A DNA stretch of 64,000 nt. Origin: Terriglobia bacterium. GTDB taxonomy: Bacteria > Acidobacteriota > Terriglobia > JAIQFV01. Each line of letters begins with the position of its first letter. Positions within the stretch are counted from its first letter, which is position 1. The translations under genes and the position numbers were made by a program. Location: assembly GCA_028716525.1 (NCBI GenBank), contig JAQUPQ010000007.1:64196-128195 (forward strand). The letters are read 5' to 3'. Shown piece by piece: positions 11,930 to 21,602 of this stretch. The notes below the pieces were generated by a model. The model had not been told where the DNA came from, ran no database searches, and saw only the letters and a program-made list of their open reading frames with translations.

Positions 11930-12508
11930 ATGCCAAAGCGGCTCCGAACGAAAGCGCGGGTTCTTGCCAGCTTAGTCCTCCTCATGAGTCTGGCGCTATT
12001 CATCCTTTCCGCCCCGCAGGAGGCAAAGGAAGCTGGGCAAAAGGCCGGTTCTCCGCCCACGGGTTCCATCATCAAGTTTTCATGCCCGCGTGCGTGGGCC
12101 GCAACTTCAGGGCAACCTACGCCGGAAGGCTTGGAATGGATCGCCAAGCAAGGATACCGGGCTGTCATCAACTTCCGGACTGACCAGGAGGGAGTGGACA
12201 TCGCGGCTGAAGCGAACCACGCGCGCCAGTTGGGAATGAATTACATTCACATCCCGGCTCCGTTTCCTGAACTCCCCGACGAAGCGGTCGACAAATTCCT
12301 GGCGGCCGTCGCCGATCCCAAAAACCGGCCGGTCTATATTCATTGCACCACGGCCAACCGAGTAGGCGCATTTTGGATGATCTACTTGGTTACGAAGGAA
12401 GGTCTTTCCGTCGAGAAAGCCCAGGAGGAAGCTGCCGGCGTTGGTCTGAAAAATCAAAAGCTGATCGATGCGGCACGGAATTATCTTTCCCGCCATGCCC
12501 GGCCATAA
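11930..12508 (+). CDS. protein-tyrosine/dual-specificity phosphatase-like protein (CX5R P-loop), secreted or membrane-anchored
   Basis: Signal/TM segment RVLASLVLLMSLALFIL. Catalytic loop IHCTTANRVG. Confidence 0.6.
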   Translation: MPKRLRTKARVLASLVLLMSLALFILSAPQEAKEAGQKAGSPPTGSIIKFSCPRAWAATSGQPTPEGLEWIAKQGYRAVINFRTDQEGVDIAAEANHARQLGMNYIHIPAPFPELPDEAVDKFLAAVADPKNRPVYIHCTTANRVGAFWMIYLVTKEGLSVEKAQEEAAGVGLKNQKLIDAARNYLSRHARP

Positions 12509-12543
12509 ATTAAAGTGGGATTCAATTGAAAATTTCTGAAGAC

Positions 12544-12888
12544 TTACTTCGCTTTTCTTGTCGGGCGCTCTTGCCTGGGTCCATAGGATGAAACAAGGTA
12601 GTCCACGATAATTTTGACCTCGCGCTCCTTGACGGGCGCGCCAAAGACCCGGATCATCTTATCGACCTCGGTGGACCATTGCTTGGCATCTCTCCGAGGC
12701 TGCGTCACGATATAGTCGGTCGAATGGCAGACCCCACAACGATCTTCCACAACTTCCACTCCAGCGCCGCTTTTCAATTTCCCAAAGGGATGATCGGGAG
12801 GAAGCTGAATGGTTTTCTCCGCTGCAGACAAGAGCGCTGTCATTACAATGGCCAAGAGCACGATAGAAGCCCATCGAGTGAGTATCAA
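12544..12888 (-). CDS. mono-heme cytochrome c, probable SorB-type electron acceptor of the adjacent sulfite oxidase-family enzyme
   Basis: CGVCH motif. Signal-like MILTRWASIVLLAIVMTALLSA with a proposed TTG start at 12888. Lies immediately downstream of SorA on the same strand. Confidence 0.5.
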   Translation of the reverse strand: MILTRWASIVLLAIVMTALLSAAEKTIQLPPDHPFGKLKSGAGVEVVEDRCGVCHSTDYIVTQPRRDAKQWSTEVDKMIRVFGAPVKEREVKIIVDYLVSSYGPRQERPTRKAK

Positions 12889-12958
12889 GTGCCACTCGGG
12901 GCCCCGAATTCCAGGCTTATTTCTTGAATTCAATCGACAGCTCCCAAGAAACTCTTCT

Positions 12959-14176
12959 TTACACAACAACGACTTCAATATGTTCGACCACATTGCGTTG
13001 ATAGCCCGAGGGATTCCATCGCGGAATTTCGCTTTGGGATTCACCGAGGCGATTGAACGCCCGAACCAGGATGCGATATTCTCCGGCGACCTCAGGGCTC
13101 CATGCGAACGACCATTCGCGAAAGGAAAAAGGCCCTCGATCCACTCCCAATTTTGCCCTCCGCCAATTCATTCCCCGATCCAAGGAGAGTTGCACATCTT
13201 CAATCCCGAAGCCGCCGTCAAAAGCGATGCCCTTCAATAACACCCGGTTCCCGCGTGGCAGCCGTGCATGGTTTTCCGGAAAAGCAATAAAGGATCGAAC
13301 TTTCAATCGGCTGATGGGGACGGTGTGTTGAGGCGTCGTTCCCGGTTCAACGCAGCCGCAAGGCGTGTCGGGAATTCGATAAGCTGTTTTTGTCCAGAAG
13401 TTTTCGTCCGGATGGTCCAACACCAGGATCTCTTCGAGGTTTTTGATCCAATAGTCCGCAAACCAGCCCGGGACGACAACGCGCGCCGGGAAACCATTCA
13501 GCAGGGGGAGAGGCTGGCCATTCATTTCATAAGCAATAAGAACGTTTGGATCATTCAAAATGCGAGACACATCAAGGCTCTTGATGAGATCCGGAACGGA
13601 AGAAAATGCCGGGGTGTCCAACCCGTTGAACGTCACCTGCAAAGCCCCCTCCTTGACGCCGGCCTTTTGGAGAACATCGCGAAGGCGGGCGCCCGACCAT
13701 TCGGCACAACCCATTGCCCCGTCGCCCCACTGTCCTCCCAGGACACGAGGGGAAAACCGGCTGCGACTATTTCCGGAACATTGGGCCACCGCAGTCACCG
13801 AGACTTTATCGAACTGCGTTTTCAAATCGTTCATCGACAGCCGAAGGTCGTGCTCCACATGTCCACCGATGTGCAATCGCCAGGTATCCGCATCGACTCG
13901 CGTGGGAATGGGTGTGATGTGATATCGAACAAAAAATGCCTCGTTAGGGGTTATGGCCCGGTCGAAATACTTCATGGGTGTCTCGAGCTGCGGTGGACGC
14001 GAAGTCAGGAGAATCAAATCTGTCTTCTCCGGATATCGCACCATCGGGCGGGAAACCGAGTCATCCGATGGCGCGCCCCAAAGAAAGCCGGCGGGATGAA
14101 ACCGGCGGCCGGCGAAAGAACTTAATCCTGCGCCTCCCAGCATCTTGAGAAACACACGGCGCGACGGAGCTTGCAT
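12959..14176 (-). CDS. molybdopterin-dependent sulfite oxidase family protein (SorA-like), Tat-secreted
   Basis: Tat motif SRRVFLKMLGGAG. Moco-binding and dimerisation-domain-like sequence (VVPGWFADYWIKNLEEI). Confidence 0.75.
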   Translation of the reverse strand: MQAPSRRVFLKMLGGAGLSSFAGRRFHPAGFLWGAPSDDSVSRPMVRYPEKTDLILLTSRPPQLETPMKYFDRAITPNEAFFVRYHITPIPTRVDADTWRLHIGGHVEHDLRLSMNDLKTQFDKVSVTAVAQCSGNSRSRFSPRVLGGQWGDGAMGCAEWSGARLRDVLQKAGVKEGALQVTFNGLDTPAFSSVPDLIKSLDVSRILNDPNVLIAYEMNGQPLPLLNGFPARVVVPGWFADYWIKNLEEILVLDHPDENFWTKTAYRIPDTPCGCVEPGTTPQHTVPISRLKVRSFIAFPENHARLPRGNRVLLKGIAFDGGFGIEDVQLSLDRGMNWRRAKLGVDRGPFSFREWSFAWSPEVAGEYRILVRAFNRLGESQSEIPRWNPSGYQRNVVEHIEVVVV

Positions 14177-14318
14177 AATCTCCTTCTTCGGCGGTCTCAG
14201 ATCGCGAAACCGCTCTCACTTGGACTCAAGGATAATCCATCATCCAAAACCCGGGAGGGTCTGTCAAGAGGGGTGAAGCAACTCGGCCAAAAGCCCAGCG
14301 GACAATGACACGGGAAAA

Positions 14319-16823
14319 TCATTCCTTCTCTCGCGGCCTCACCCATACGGCGCGCACGGGTGGCGGCATTTCGGAGTCGGCGCCTTTGACCGATTTCCAA
14401 ATAATCTCGTTCAGCTCGATGTCGGGCGCGGAATCTTCCTTGGAGAAATTCATGGCCTGGCTGCGTCGAGCACCGGGCCCCCGCTCAGGATTCTTTTCGT
14501 CCAGCGACCAACCCGCGGGCAAAGCCTTGAAAGGCGTCAAATCCGCTTTGTGGGTGAATGCATTCCACATGGGCGTGGCCGCGGAATCGTACTGACTCAT
14601 GGGTGGAAGGCCGAGAATCAGCTCGATGGTCCGCAAGATGGATGAGGTCGAATACATGGTGGAATCAACGAAGTTTCGCTTGGTGTAGGCGCTGATGACC
14701 AACGCCTCGGTGCGATGAGCGTCCACGTGATCGGGGCCGTTCTGGGCATCGTCTTCCACTGAAAAAATGGCGGTGTCTTTCCAATACTTACTGTGGGACA
14801 CGGCTTCAACCAGCCGCCCCAAAGCCAGATCGTTATCCGCTACAAAAGCTCGCGGCGTAGGACGACCCGGCGTGGTGCCTTCGGTGTGGTCGTTGGGAAG
14901 GCGCATGATGATCAACTGCGGCAGATTTCCCTTCTTCTCGAACTCGCGAAACTCTTTCAGAAATTCATCGATCCGCTTTTGATCGGAGTAGGTCAGATCC
15001 CAAGGCCGGTACATGGGATCATAATGACCTTCCAGGCTCTTCTCCCGGGCGCGGGAAGGCGCTTCGTGAGTTTTCGAAGCTTCCACGAATTCTCCGTAGC
15101 TGCGGTAGCTCACTCCAGCTCGATGTGCGTAGTCCCACAAATATCCCTGTGTGGGCGAGGCCACCGGATAGCCCCCTTCAAATTCGTATTCTCGCCCGCG
15201 CTTCGAATAATTCGCGGGCCAGGTCTTCTCGACGTAGTCCGTGGTATAGGCGGCCGTGGACCAATTATGTCCGTCGGCACTGACCTCCGCGTCAGCGTAC
15301 AGATTATCGAGCAACACAAACTGACGGGCCAGGGCGTGAAGATTGGGCGTTTCCTTCTCTCCAAAGAGCACCAAATGAGGATCGCCGTTCCCTTCTTTAA
15401 TGTCGCCGAACACCTGATCGTACGTACGATTTTCTTTGATGATGTAAATGACATGCTTGATCGGCGAGACTTCTCCCCTCCGACCCGGGATGGCAGTTGC
15501 ACCAGTAGAGGTTAGTGGTGTTCCTTTGAAGGGTGTGTTGGCGTATACCTGGGTTGTCATTCGTTTCAACGTGGCCGCGTCGGGATTTGGAATGACGCTG
15601 ACCTCACCGATGAACAACGTCCCGATATACTGTTCATCCTTAGCCCGCTTCACGTATGGGTTTGGGCCCTGAGGATTCGCCATTGAAGACAAGCCCTTCC
15701 CGGCCGCCACATACAGCGTTTTGTCATCAGGACTGAGGGCCAGCGCCGTGGGATACCATCCCACCGGAATGAATCCCTCCACGACGCTCGGGGCCTTCCC
15801 GTGTCCCAAACGGACCACCGCCACGGCATTGTTGTCGGCGTTGGCCGCAAACAATCGCTTGCCGTCTTTCGTCACCGCGACCGCATTGGTGGTCGAACCG
15901 ATGGGCGAATGGGGATGAAGCGCCACGGAAATGGTTTCAACCGCCTTGTGCGCCGTCACATCAATGATCGATACGGAATTGGAATTGGCATTGGCTACAA
16001 ATAACCGGTGGCCATCAGGCGACAAAACCAGGTCATTGGAATGATCGCCCACCGAAATCTTGCGAACCTCACGAAATCCCCGAACATCCACTTCAGAAAC
16101 CGAGCGTCCTCCCCAATTGCTGACAAAGATTTCGTTGCCGTCTTTGGACACAACGCAGGTGTAAGGATGGTCGCCCACCGCAATTGTTTTAGCAACCGAG
16201 AAGCTTTTGAGATCGATGACCGCGACTTCATTGCTCAAATTCAACGCGGCATAGAGGCGCTTCCCTGCCGAGTCGATGCAAAGCCCGGCGGGAAAAATAT
16301 GCGCCTTCTTATCGCCCAGAGCCAGCTCGCCGGACTTCTCCTGAATTCCCTGATCGAAATGGAATCGAAAAATCTTGTTGTCTCCCCCTCCGGAGGCATA
16401 CAACTGTTTTCCATCGGGAGAAAATTGGAGGCCCAACCATGCGGATTCCATGGGAATCGTGTTGACTTTCGTTTGCCGATCGAGATCGAGGATGTTGAGG
16501 CCGTTGCCGCCGTCTCCGTTGTTCGTCACCGCCAGGAATTTTCCATCGGGATGGATGACTATTCTCAAGGGCAGGTCGCCGGCAGGAATGTGAGTGCCGG
16601 CAGGCGTCAGCTTCCAGCCGTTGGGCAACAAGTAACCCGAGGCATAATCCGGGCTCATCGGAAGCGGGGACGGAATAATCCGTCGCGCCGGTTTTTTTTC
16701 GCTCTCCGGAGTTTTCTTGCCTTGACTGGAAATGACCACAGGACTGAGCAACAGCGTGGAAAGAAAGGCAATAAGAGCGTAACGAAGAACAGCATGATTA
16801 TTCAGTTTTGTTTCAGACGGCAT
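14319..16823 (-). CDS. bifunctional YVTN-type beta-propeller / phosphoesterase (phospholipase C-acid phosphatase family) protein
   Basis: Seven lactonase-type blades (…PDGKFLAVTNNGDG…, …SPDGKQLYASGGGDN…, …KDGKRLFAANADNNAVAVV…). C-terminal HVIYIIKENRTYDQVFGD… matches the phosphoesterase family. Signal peptide present. Start at 16823 preceded by GGAGGA. Confidence 0.7.
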   Translation of the reverse strand: MPSETKLNNHAVLRYALIAFLSTLLLSPVVISSQGKKTPESEKKPARRIIPSPLPMSPDYASGYLLPNGWKLTPAGTHIPAGDLPLRIVIHPDGKFLAVTNNGDGGNGLNILDLDRQTKVNTIPMESAWLGLQFSPDGKQLYASGGGDNKIFRFHFDQGIQEKSGELALGDKKAHIFPAGLCIDSAGKRLYAALNLSNEVAVIDLKSFSVAKTIAVGDHPYTCVVSKDGNEIFVSNWGGRSVSEVDVRGFREVRKISVGDHSNDLVLSPDGHRLFVANANSNSVSIIDVTAHKAVETISVALHPHSPIGSTTNAVAVTKDGKRLFAANADNNAVAVVRLGHGKAPSVVEGFIPVGWYPTALALSPDDKTLYVAAGKGLSSMANPQGPNPYVKRAKDEQYIGTLFIGEVSVIPNPDAATLKRMTTQVYANTPFKGTPLTSTGATAIPGRRGEVSPIKHVIYIIKENRTYDQVFGDIKEGNGDPHLVLFGEKETPNLHALARQFVLLDNLYADAEVSADGHNWSTAAYTTDYVEKTWPANYSKRGREYEFEGGYPVASPTQGYLWDYAHRAGVSYRSYGEFVEASKTHEAPSRAREKSLEGHYDPMYRPWDLTYSDQKRIDEFLKEFREFEKKGNLPQLIIMRLPNDHTEGTTPGRPTPRAFVADNDLALGRLVEAVSHSKYWKDTAIFSVEDDAQNGPDHVDAHRTEALVISAYTKRNFVDSTMYSTSSILRTIELILGLPPMSQYDSAATPMWNAFTHKADLTPFKALPAGWSLDEKNPERGPGARRSQAMNFSKEDSAPDIELNEIIWKSVKGADSEMPPPVRAVWVRPREKE

Positions 16824-16983
16824 GTTTCCTCCATGGAGGGGTTTGCTTTCAAGAAGAGAAAAGCAAGGAGGTACAAGGGCCACATCTTACCACAGGCAAG
16901 TGAACTGCAAACTTCGTGAAGAGATCTCAAACCGCCTCGCGGAGGGAACTCGACACGTGGCCGGGGTGAGAGAACATTTCGAA

Positions 16984-17132
16984 TAAATTCCAAACTCCAA
17001 AATCCAAATAGATTCCAATTCCCAAATTACAAACAAAAGCGAACTTCCAATGAGCTTCCTTCTGGGATCTGTTTCGAATTTTGGAATTTGATCATTGGAG
17101 CTTATTTGGAATTTGGAGTTTGGAATTTGGAC
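16984..17132. repeat. long AT-rich imperfect inverted repeat built from TTGGAATTTGGA-like units (arms ~45 bp)
   Basis: Arm 16987-17030 (AAATTCCAAACTCCAAAATCCAAATAGATTCCAAT...) is the reverse complement of 17074-17132 (…ATTGGAGCTTATTTGGAATTTGGAGTTTGGAATTTGGA). Lies in the intergenic region between two minus-strand genes. Confidence 0.6.
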
Positions 17133-17175
17133 TTTCTTCACCAAGTGGAAGCTCCCCAACTCGACACATCCGCTC

Positions 17176-18414
17176 TCATTTCGCCCAATTCTCCATAAAC
17201 TTGCTGTCCTTGTGCTCCTGTTTGTCGATCAAAGCCTGAAACAATGCGCGCATTTGAGCGTAGGGAAACGTTCCAATAACCATGCGGTCGTTGATGATGA
17301 GGGTGGGCGTGGATCGAATCCCATGAGCATACTTGTCGGAGGTTTTATCGAACTCCGCGCCGGTGTTGATGATCTTCTGGACTAAACCCTGAACCGCCGG
17401 ATCCCGGGAGGACTTTTCAACACCGTATCGTTTCGCCAATTCCTGCCGCCACACAGGGTCCTTTGCCTTCTCAAAATTCCCGAAGATCTCCTCGTTCAGC
17501 GCCTGGAATTTGGAGGCATCAGCGGCCGCCATGTAGGCCAACTCACACGCTCCCGGATGACGATTTTTCTCGACCACTTGATTGCATTTGGCCTCCAGCG
17601 GGAAGAATTGAAAGGCGACGTTGATCTTTCCCGGGAACTCCTTTCGGAGCTGCAGCAGTTGTTTATGAAGGAACAGGCAGTCGGGACACAAGAAGTCACC
17701 GTATTCCACAATGTGAACAGGGGCCTCTTCAAATCTCTCGGTGGACTTCACACTCCAATAAGTTGAAATGACACTGGGTGGTTTCACGGTGGGTAACGCA
17801 AAGTATTGCTCCACCACCTGCGTGGTTCCACCGCCCGACATGGCATCTCTTCGGGCAAAATGATACTGCCGCATCCCGTAAGCGCCTGCCAACATCAGCA
17901 ACACCCAGACGGCGAAAAGTTTGAGACTGGGTCGCAGGAACCTGGACCGAAACCCGGCCTGATCGGAATCGATTCCATATTTCCAGAACAGAAAGAAATT
18001 GAAGAATGAAAAGAGGTAATAAATCGTGCACAGGGGGCAAAGCGTCTTGAGCCAGAGAACGGAATAGAGCAACAGCGCCAGGACGCCCACGAGGTTCAGC
18101 AGCGACAAGGTTTTATTGGTGCGTTCCAATTCGGCGGAGTTGAACACCATTCCCGATACCACCAACCCACCCACAAAAAGGCCAAACAGGCCGATCGGCA
18201 CACCCAGGATTTGAGCAATCGGCGACGAGACCGCACTGCCGCAATTAAAGAACGCGCTGATGTCGCAAAAGGAGCCCTGATAAATTGAAATGGGATAGTT
18301 GACTTCGAAAAAATGTCGAAGGGTCAGGATGGAAGCCACCATCATTCCCGCTCCGGCTACCAGACTCAACATGCGAGGCCACGTCACGCCTCGGAGCGTC
18401 AGGGACGATTGCAT
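17176..18414 (-). CDS. vitamin K epoxide reductase (VKOR)-DsbA-like thioredoxin fusion protein
   Basis: Multi-TM N-domain with loop Cys pair and CPLC active site. C-terminal thioredoxin-fold domain with CPDC. Start ATG 18414 preceded by GGGAGG. Confidence 0.75.
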   Translation of the reverse strand: MQSSLTLRGVTWPRMLSLVAGAGMMVASILTLRHFFEVNYPISIYQGSFCDISAFFNCGSAVSSPIAQILGVPIGLFGLFVGGLVVSGMVFNSAELERTNKTLSLLNLVGVLALLLYSVLWLKTLCPLCTIYYLFSFFNFFLFWKYGIDSDQAGFRSRFLRPSLKLFAVWVLLMLAGAYGMRQYHFARRDAMSGGGTTQVVEQYFALPTVKPPSVISTYWSVKSTERFEEAPVHIVEYGDFLCPDCLFLHKQLLQLRKEFPGKINVAFQFFPLEAKCNQVVEKNRHPGACELAYMAAADASKFQALNEEIFGNFEKAKDPVWRQELAKRYGVEKSSRDPAVQGLVQKIINTGAEFDKTSDKYAHGIRSTPTLIINDRMVIGTFPYAQMRALFQALIDKQEHKDSKFMENWAK

Positions 18415-18731
18415 AAAGTCCTCCCGGAAAACATATGAATTCCTGCCAAGCCCGCAAGAACCGGTGGGATGAAAAAGCGCGGGCCGGCGCCTCCTGTGGC
18501 GACACATTGTATCAAAACCAATCTTCGACTGTACTCCTTGATTTGAATACACCCCGGCCTGCTCCTCCTAAAGCACAGCCGTCCGTTCCCCCAGGATCGG
18601 CTTGGAGTATGGCCGGTCAATGCCCTAAAATATATTCTTGTTAACCTCAATATTTGGCGGCTGAATCTTTTGCCGATTCCGAAGTGTGAACGTCGTCCGA
18701 CCGAGCCGTTTTTCGCCCGGAGATTTGAATC

Positions 18732-20744
18732 ATGATTCATTTCGGTAGAGATGTTTGTTCAAACCTTGCCCTGGCTACACAGCGCGAATGGCTCGAAACG
18801 AATGGCTTGGGTGGATATGCCTCCTCGACGTTGATCGGATTGAACACTCGTCGATACCACGGACTACTGGTGGCGGCTCTTGAACCCCCCGTTCGAAGAT
18901 TCCTTCTGCTGTCCAAGCTGGAAGAAACCTTGGTGATCGACGGAACTCGAATCGACCTGAGTTCCAATCAATATCCTGGAACGATTTACCCTCAGGGCCA
19001 TCAGTTCCTGGTGGAGTTTGAAAAACAGTTTTTTCCTGCGGCCACATTTCAATCGCGGGAATGGAACATTCGAAAAACCGTTTTCATGCCTTACCTAAAA
19101 AATTCCGTCGGGGTTGAATATTCTTTCCACGGACCGTCAAACACTCTTGGCGGTTTTGAGATTCGACCCCTCATCGCTTTTCGCGATCATCATGCCCTGA
19201 CATTCGAAAACGACGTTTTGCATCGCGACGTTGAAGTCATGCCGCAATTTCTTCAGCTTTCGCCCTACTCCGGATTGCCGGCGCTCGCCATTCATCACAA
19301 CTCCGAAACTTTTGTGCGTGACGGATATTGGTACAAATCATTTGAATACCTGCGAGAGAAGGAGCGGGGCCAGGACTTTCGGGAAGATCTATTCAGCCCG
19401 GGTTATTTTCAAGCGCCCATTCGAAACGGAACGTGCTTATGGTTTTTGGCCGAGGTCGATGGCGCGGCTTCACACCGCAGCCCATTGAATCCAGAAGCCT
19501 TTGAGACCCTAAAGCAAACCGAGCTTCGTCGACGGCGGGCCCTGGTCCAGGGTATTTCGCGCCAAGATACAGCCCGGTTTTATATGCGCCTGGCGGCGGA
19601 TCAATTTTTGGTTCGCCGCGCTGAAGACCGACGGTCAATTCTTGCCGGCTATCCCTGGTTCACCGATTGGGGCCGTGACACCATGATTTCCATCCCGGGG
19701 CTTCTGCTCGTGACGAACCACTACGCCGCCGCCCGGGAGGTAGTCCTGACCTTCGTGAAGTCCATGCAAAAGGGGCTCGTCCCCAACCGCTTCATCGATC
19801 GGCCCGAAAGCGACCACGTTGCCGACTACAACACGGTCGATGCCACGTTGTGGCTGTTTCAGTTGGTGTATTCACTTGCTCAACGCAGCGGAGATTTGAA
19901 TTTCGTCAAACAGAATCTTTACGAACCTTTGCTGGAGAGCTTCGAATGGCATCGCAAGGGAACGCTCTTCGACATCCACATGGACGATGATGCCTTGATC
20001 ACGGCGGGAAATTCAAATCTCCAATTGACTTGGATGGATGCCAAAGCCGGAGATCGGGTCATCACACCGCGCCACGGCAAGGCGGTTGAGATTTGTGCCC
20101 TCTGGTATAACGCGATACAAGTCCTGGGATTTCTTGCCAGGAAATTTCGCGACAAGGTGCGACAAGAAGAACTTGCGGCGCTTGAAAGTAGAGCGAAAGA
20201 AAGTTTCCGCCGAGTCTTCTGGAATCCGGCAAATCAACATTTAAATGACGTGGTGAATTCGGAAGGCATTGACGCCTCCTTGCGTCCTAATCAACTTCTT
20301 GCTGTTTCACTTGCATTCTCGCCGTTGTCGAAGGATCAGAAAAAAGCCGTAGTGAACGCGGTGACGAAAGCGCTCGTCACGCCCTATGGGTTGCGAACGC
20401 TGGCGCCTGACGATCCTCATTATTGCGGGACATACCAAGGGAATTCGGCCGAACGCGCTGCGGCTTATCATCAGGGAACCGTTTGGCCCTGGCTGCTGGG
20501 TCCCTATGCCACAGCTTATCTCAATGCCCACACGCGCACAGCAAAGAACAAACGTTATGTCCGCGGGCTGCTGCAACCGTTGTTGAATTATTTATTGAAT
20601 GAGGGTGTGGGTCAGATTCCGGAGGTGTTTGATGGAGATGCGGCGAAAACTTCCTCGAAGGATGCCGCTCCGCCCGGCAAAGGCTGCATCGCTCAAGCCT
20701 GGAGCGTGGCGGAAATTCACCGCGTTTTAGTCGGGGAAATGTGA
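18732..20744 (+). CDS. glycogen debranching enzyme (amylo-alpha-1,6-glucosidase family)
   Basis: N-terminal REWLETNGLGGYASSTLIGLNTRRYHGLLVAAL... and C-terminal (alpha/alpha)6-barrel region typical of the GDE_N/GDE_C architecture. Confidence 0.75.
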   Translation: MIHFGRDVCSNLALATQREWLETNGLGGYASSTLIGLNTRRYHGLLVAALEPPVRRFLLLSKLEETLVIDGTRIDLSSNQYPGTIYPQGHQFLVEFEKQFFPAATFQSREWNIRKTVFMPYLKNSVGVEYSFHGPSNTLGGFEIRPLIAFRDHHALTFENDVLHRDVEVMPQFLQLSPYSGLPALAIHHNSETFVRDGYWYKSFEYLREKERGQDFREDLFSPGYFQAPIRNGTCLWFLAEVDGAASHRSPLNPEAFETLKQTELRRRRALVQGISRQDTARFYMRLAADQFLVRRAEDRRSILAGYPWFTDWGRDTMISIPGLLLVTNHYAAAREVVLTFVKSMQKGLVPNRFIDRPESDHVADYNTVDATLWLFQLVYSLAQRSGDLNFVKQNLYEPLLESFEWHRKGTLFDIHMDDDALITAGNSNLQLTWMDAKAGDRVITPRHGKAVEICALWYNAIQVLGFLARKFRDKVRQEELAALESRAKESFRRVFWNPANQHLNDVVNSEGIDASLRPNQLLAVSLAFSPLSKDQKKAVVNAVTKALVTPYGLRTLAPDDPHYCGTYQGNSAERAAAYHQGTVWPWLLGPYATAYLNAHTRTAKNKRYVRGLLQPLLNYLLNEGVGQIPEVFDGDAAKTSSKDAAPPGKGCIAQAWSVAEIHRVLVGEM

Positions 20745-21166
20745 ACTGGGGATTGAAGGAAGGTGAAAGGAAATTAATCCGGGCGCTGTCGAACTTCTTA
20801 TCACGAAGAGGTGCAGGGCGCACCTTCGGTCGAACTACACGGGCTTTGTTATCACGAAAGCAAACCGACCTCTCGATCTTTTCTAAGAGCCTCCGCGCCA
20901 TGCTGCCCAAAAGGTAGCACGAATTATAAGTCGCATCCGGGGGCGGTTCAGCTTGAGGGCTCGGAGTCGTTGGAGGCGGGCTCAATTGGTTCGGGGGTCA
21001 CAGACCCCTCACGCTTGGCCAGCTTTCTTTGCGCGCGCCGCTCCGCCTTCGCTTGTTGTTTTTCCCTTCTTTTCAGTTCCTTCTGCCGTTTTTGGAATGT
21101 GGTCGGCATGGGGTCTCCTTCAAATGGCCGCCGGTGGTGACACGGCCGCGATAAATGGTCCTGAAA

Positions 21167-21514
21167 CTACCAGCGGGGTTCGCGCGGCTTGCGTGCGGCT
21201 TCGCTATAATCCTCGTTCGAGAATCCACCCCGTCGGCCCTGCGGACGGCTGCTGGGGGCGACCCGGCTTTCCTTGGGACGCGCTTCGTTCACCTTAAGGG
21301 CGCGCCCGGCCAGTTCTTTTCCGTTCATCGCCGCAATCGCTTTGGCTGCCTCTTCGTCGTTGGCCATTTCCACAAAGGCAAAACCGCGGGGACGGCCCGT
21401 TTCCCGGTCCATGACCATTTGGACGCGCGTCACTTGTCCGAACGGCTGGAACAGGGCACTCAATTCGATTTCAGTGGTTTGAAAACTCAGGTTTCCCACA
21501 AATAAACTCTTCAT
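21167..21514 (-). CDS. RNA-binding protein (RRM domain) with Arg/Gly-rich tail
   Basis: MKSLFVGNLSFQTTEIELSALFQPFGQVTRVQMVMDRETGRPRGFAFVEM shows RNP-2 and RNP-1 motifs. Confidence 0.8.
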   Translation of the reverse strand: MKSLFVGNLSFQTTEIELSALFQPFGQVTRVQMVMDRETGRPRGFAFVEMANDEEAAKAIAAMNGKELAGRALKVNEARPKESRVAPSSRPQGRRGGFSNEDYSEAARKPREPRW

Positions 21515-21602
21515 GTTCCCTCTCCTTAACGTTCTGAACGGACCACCGCTCGAAAACGCAATTTATTCGCGCGCCGGCCTGCACATTCGTTGAGATCCCC
21601 CT

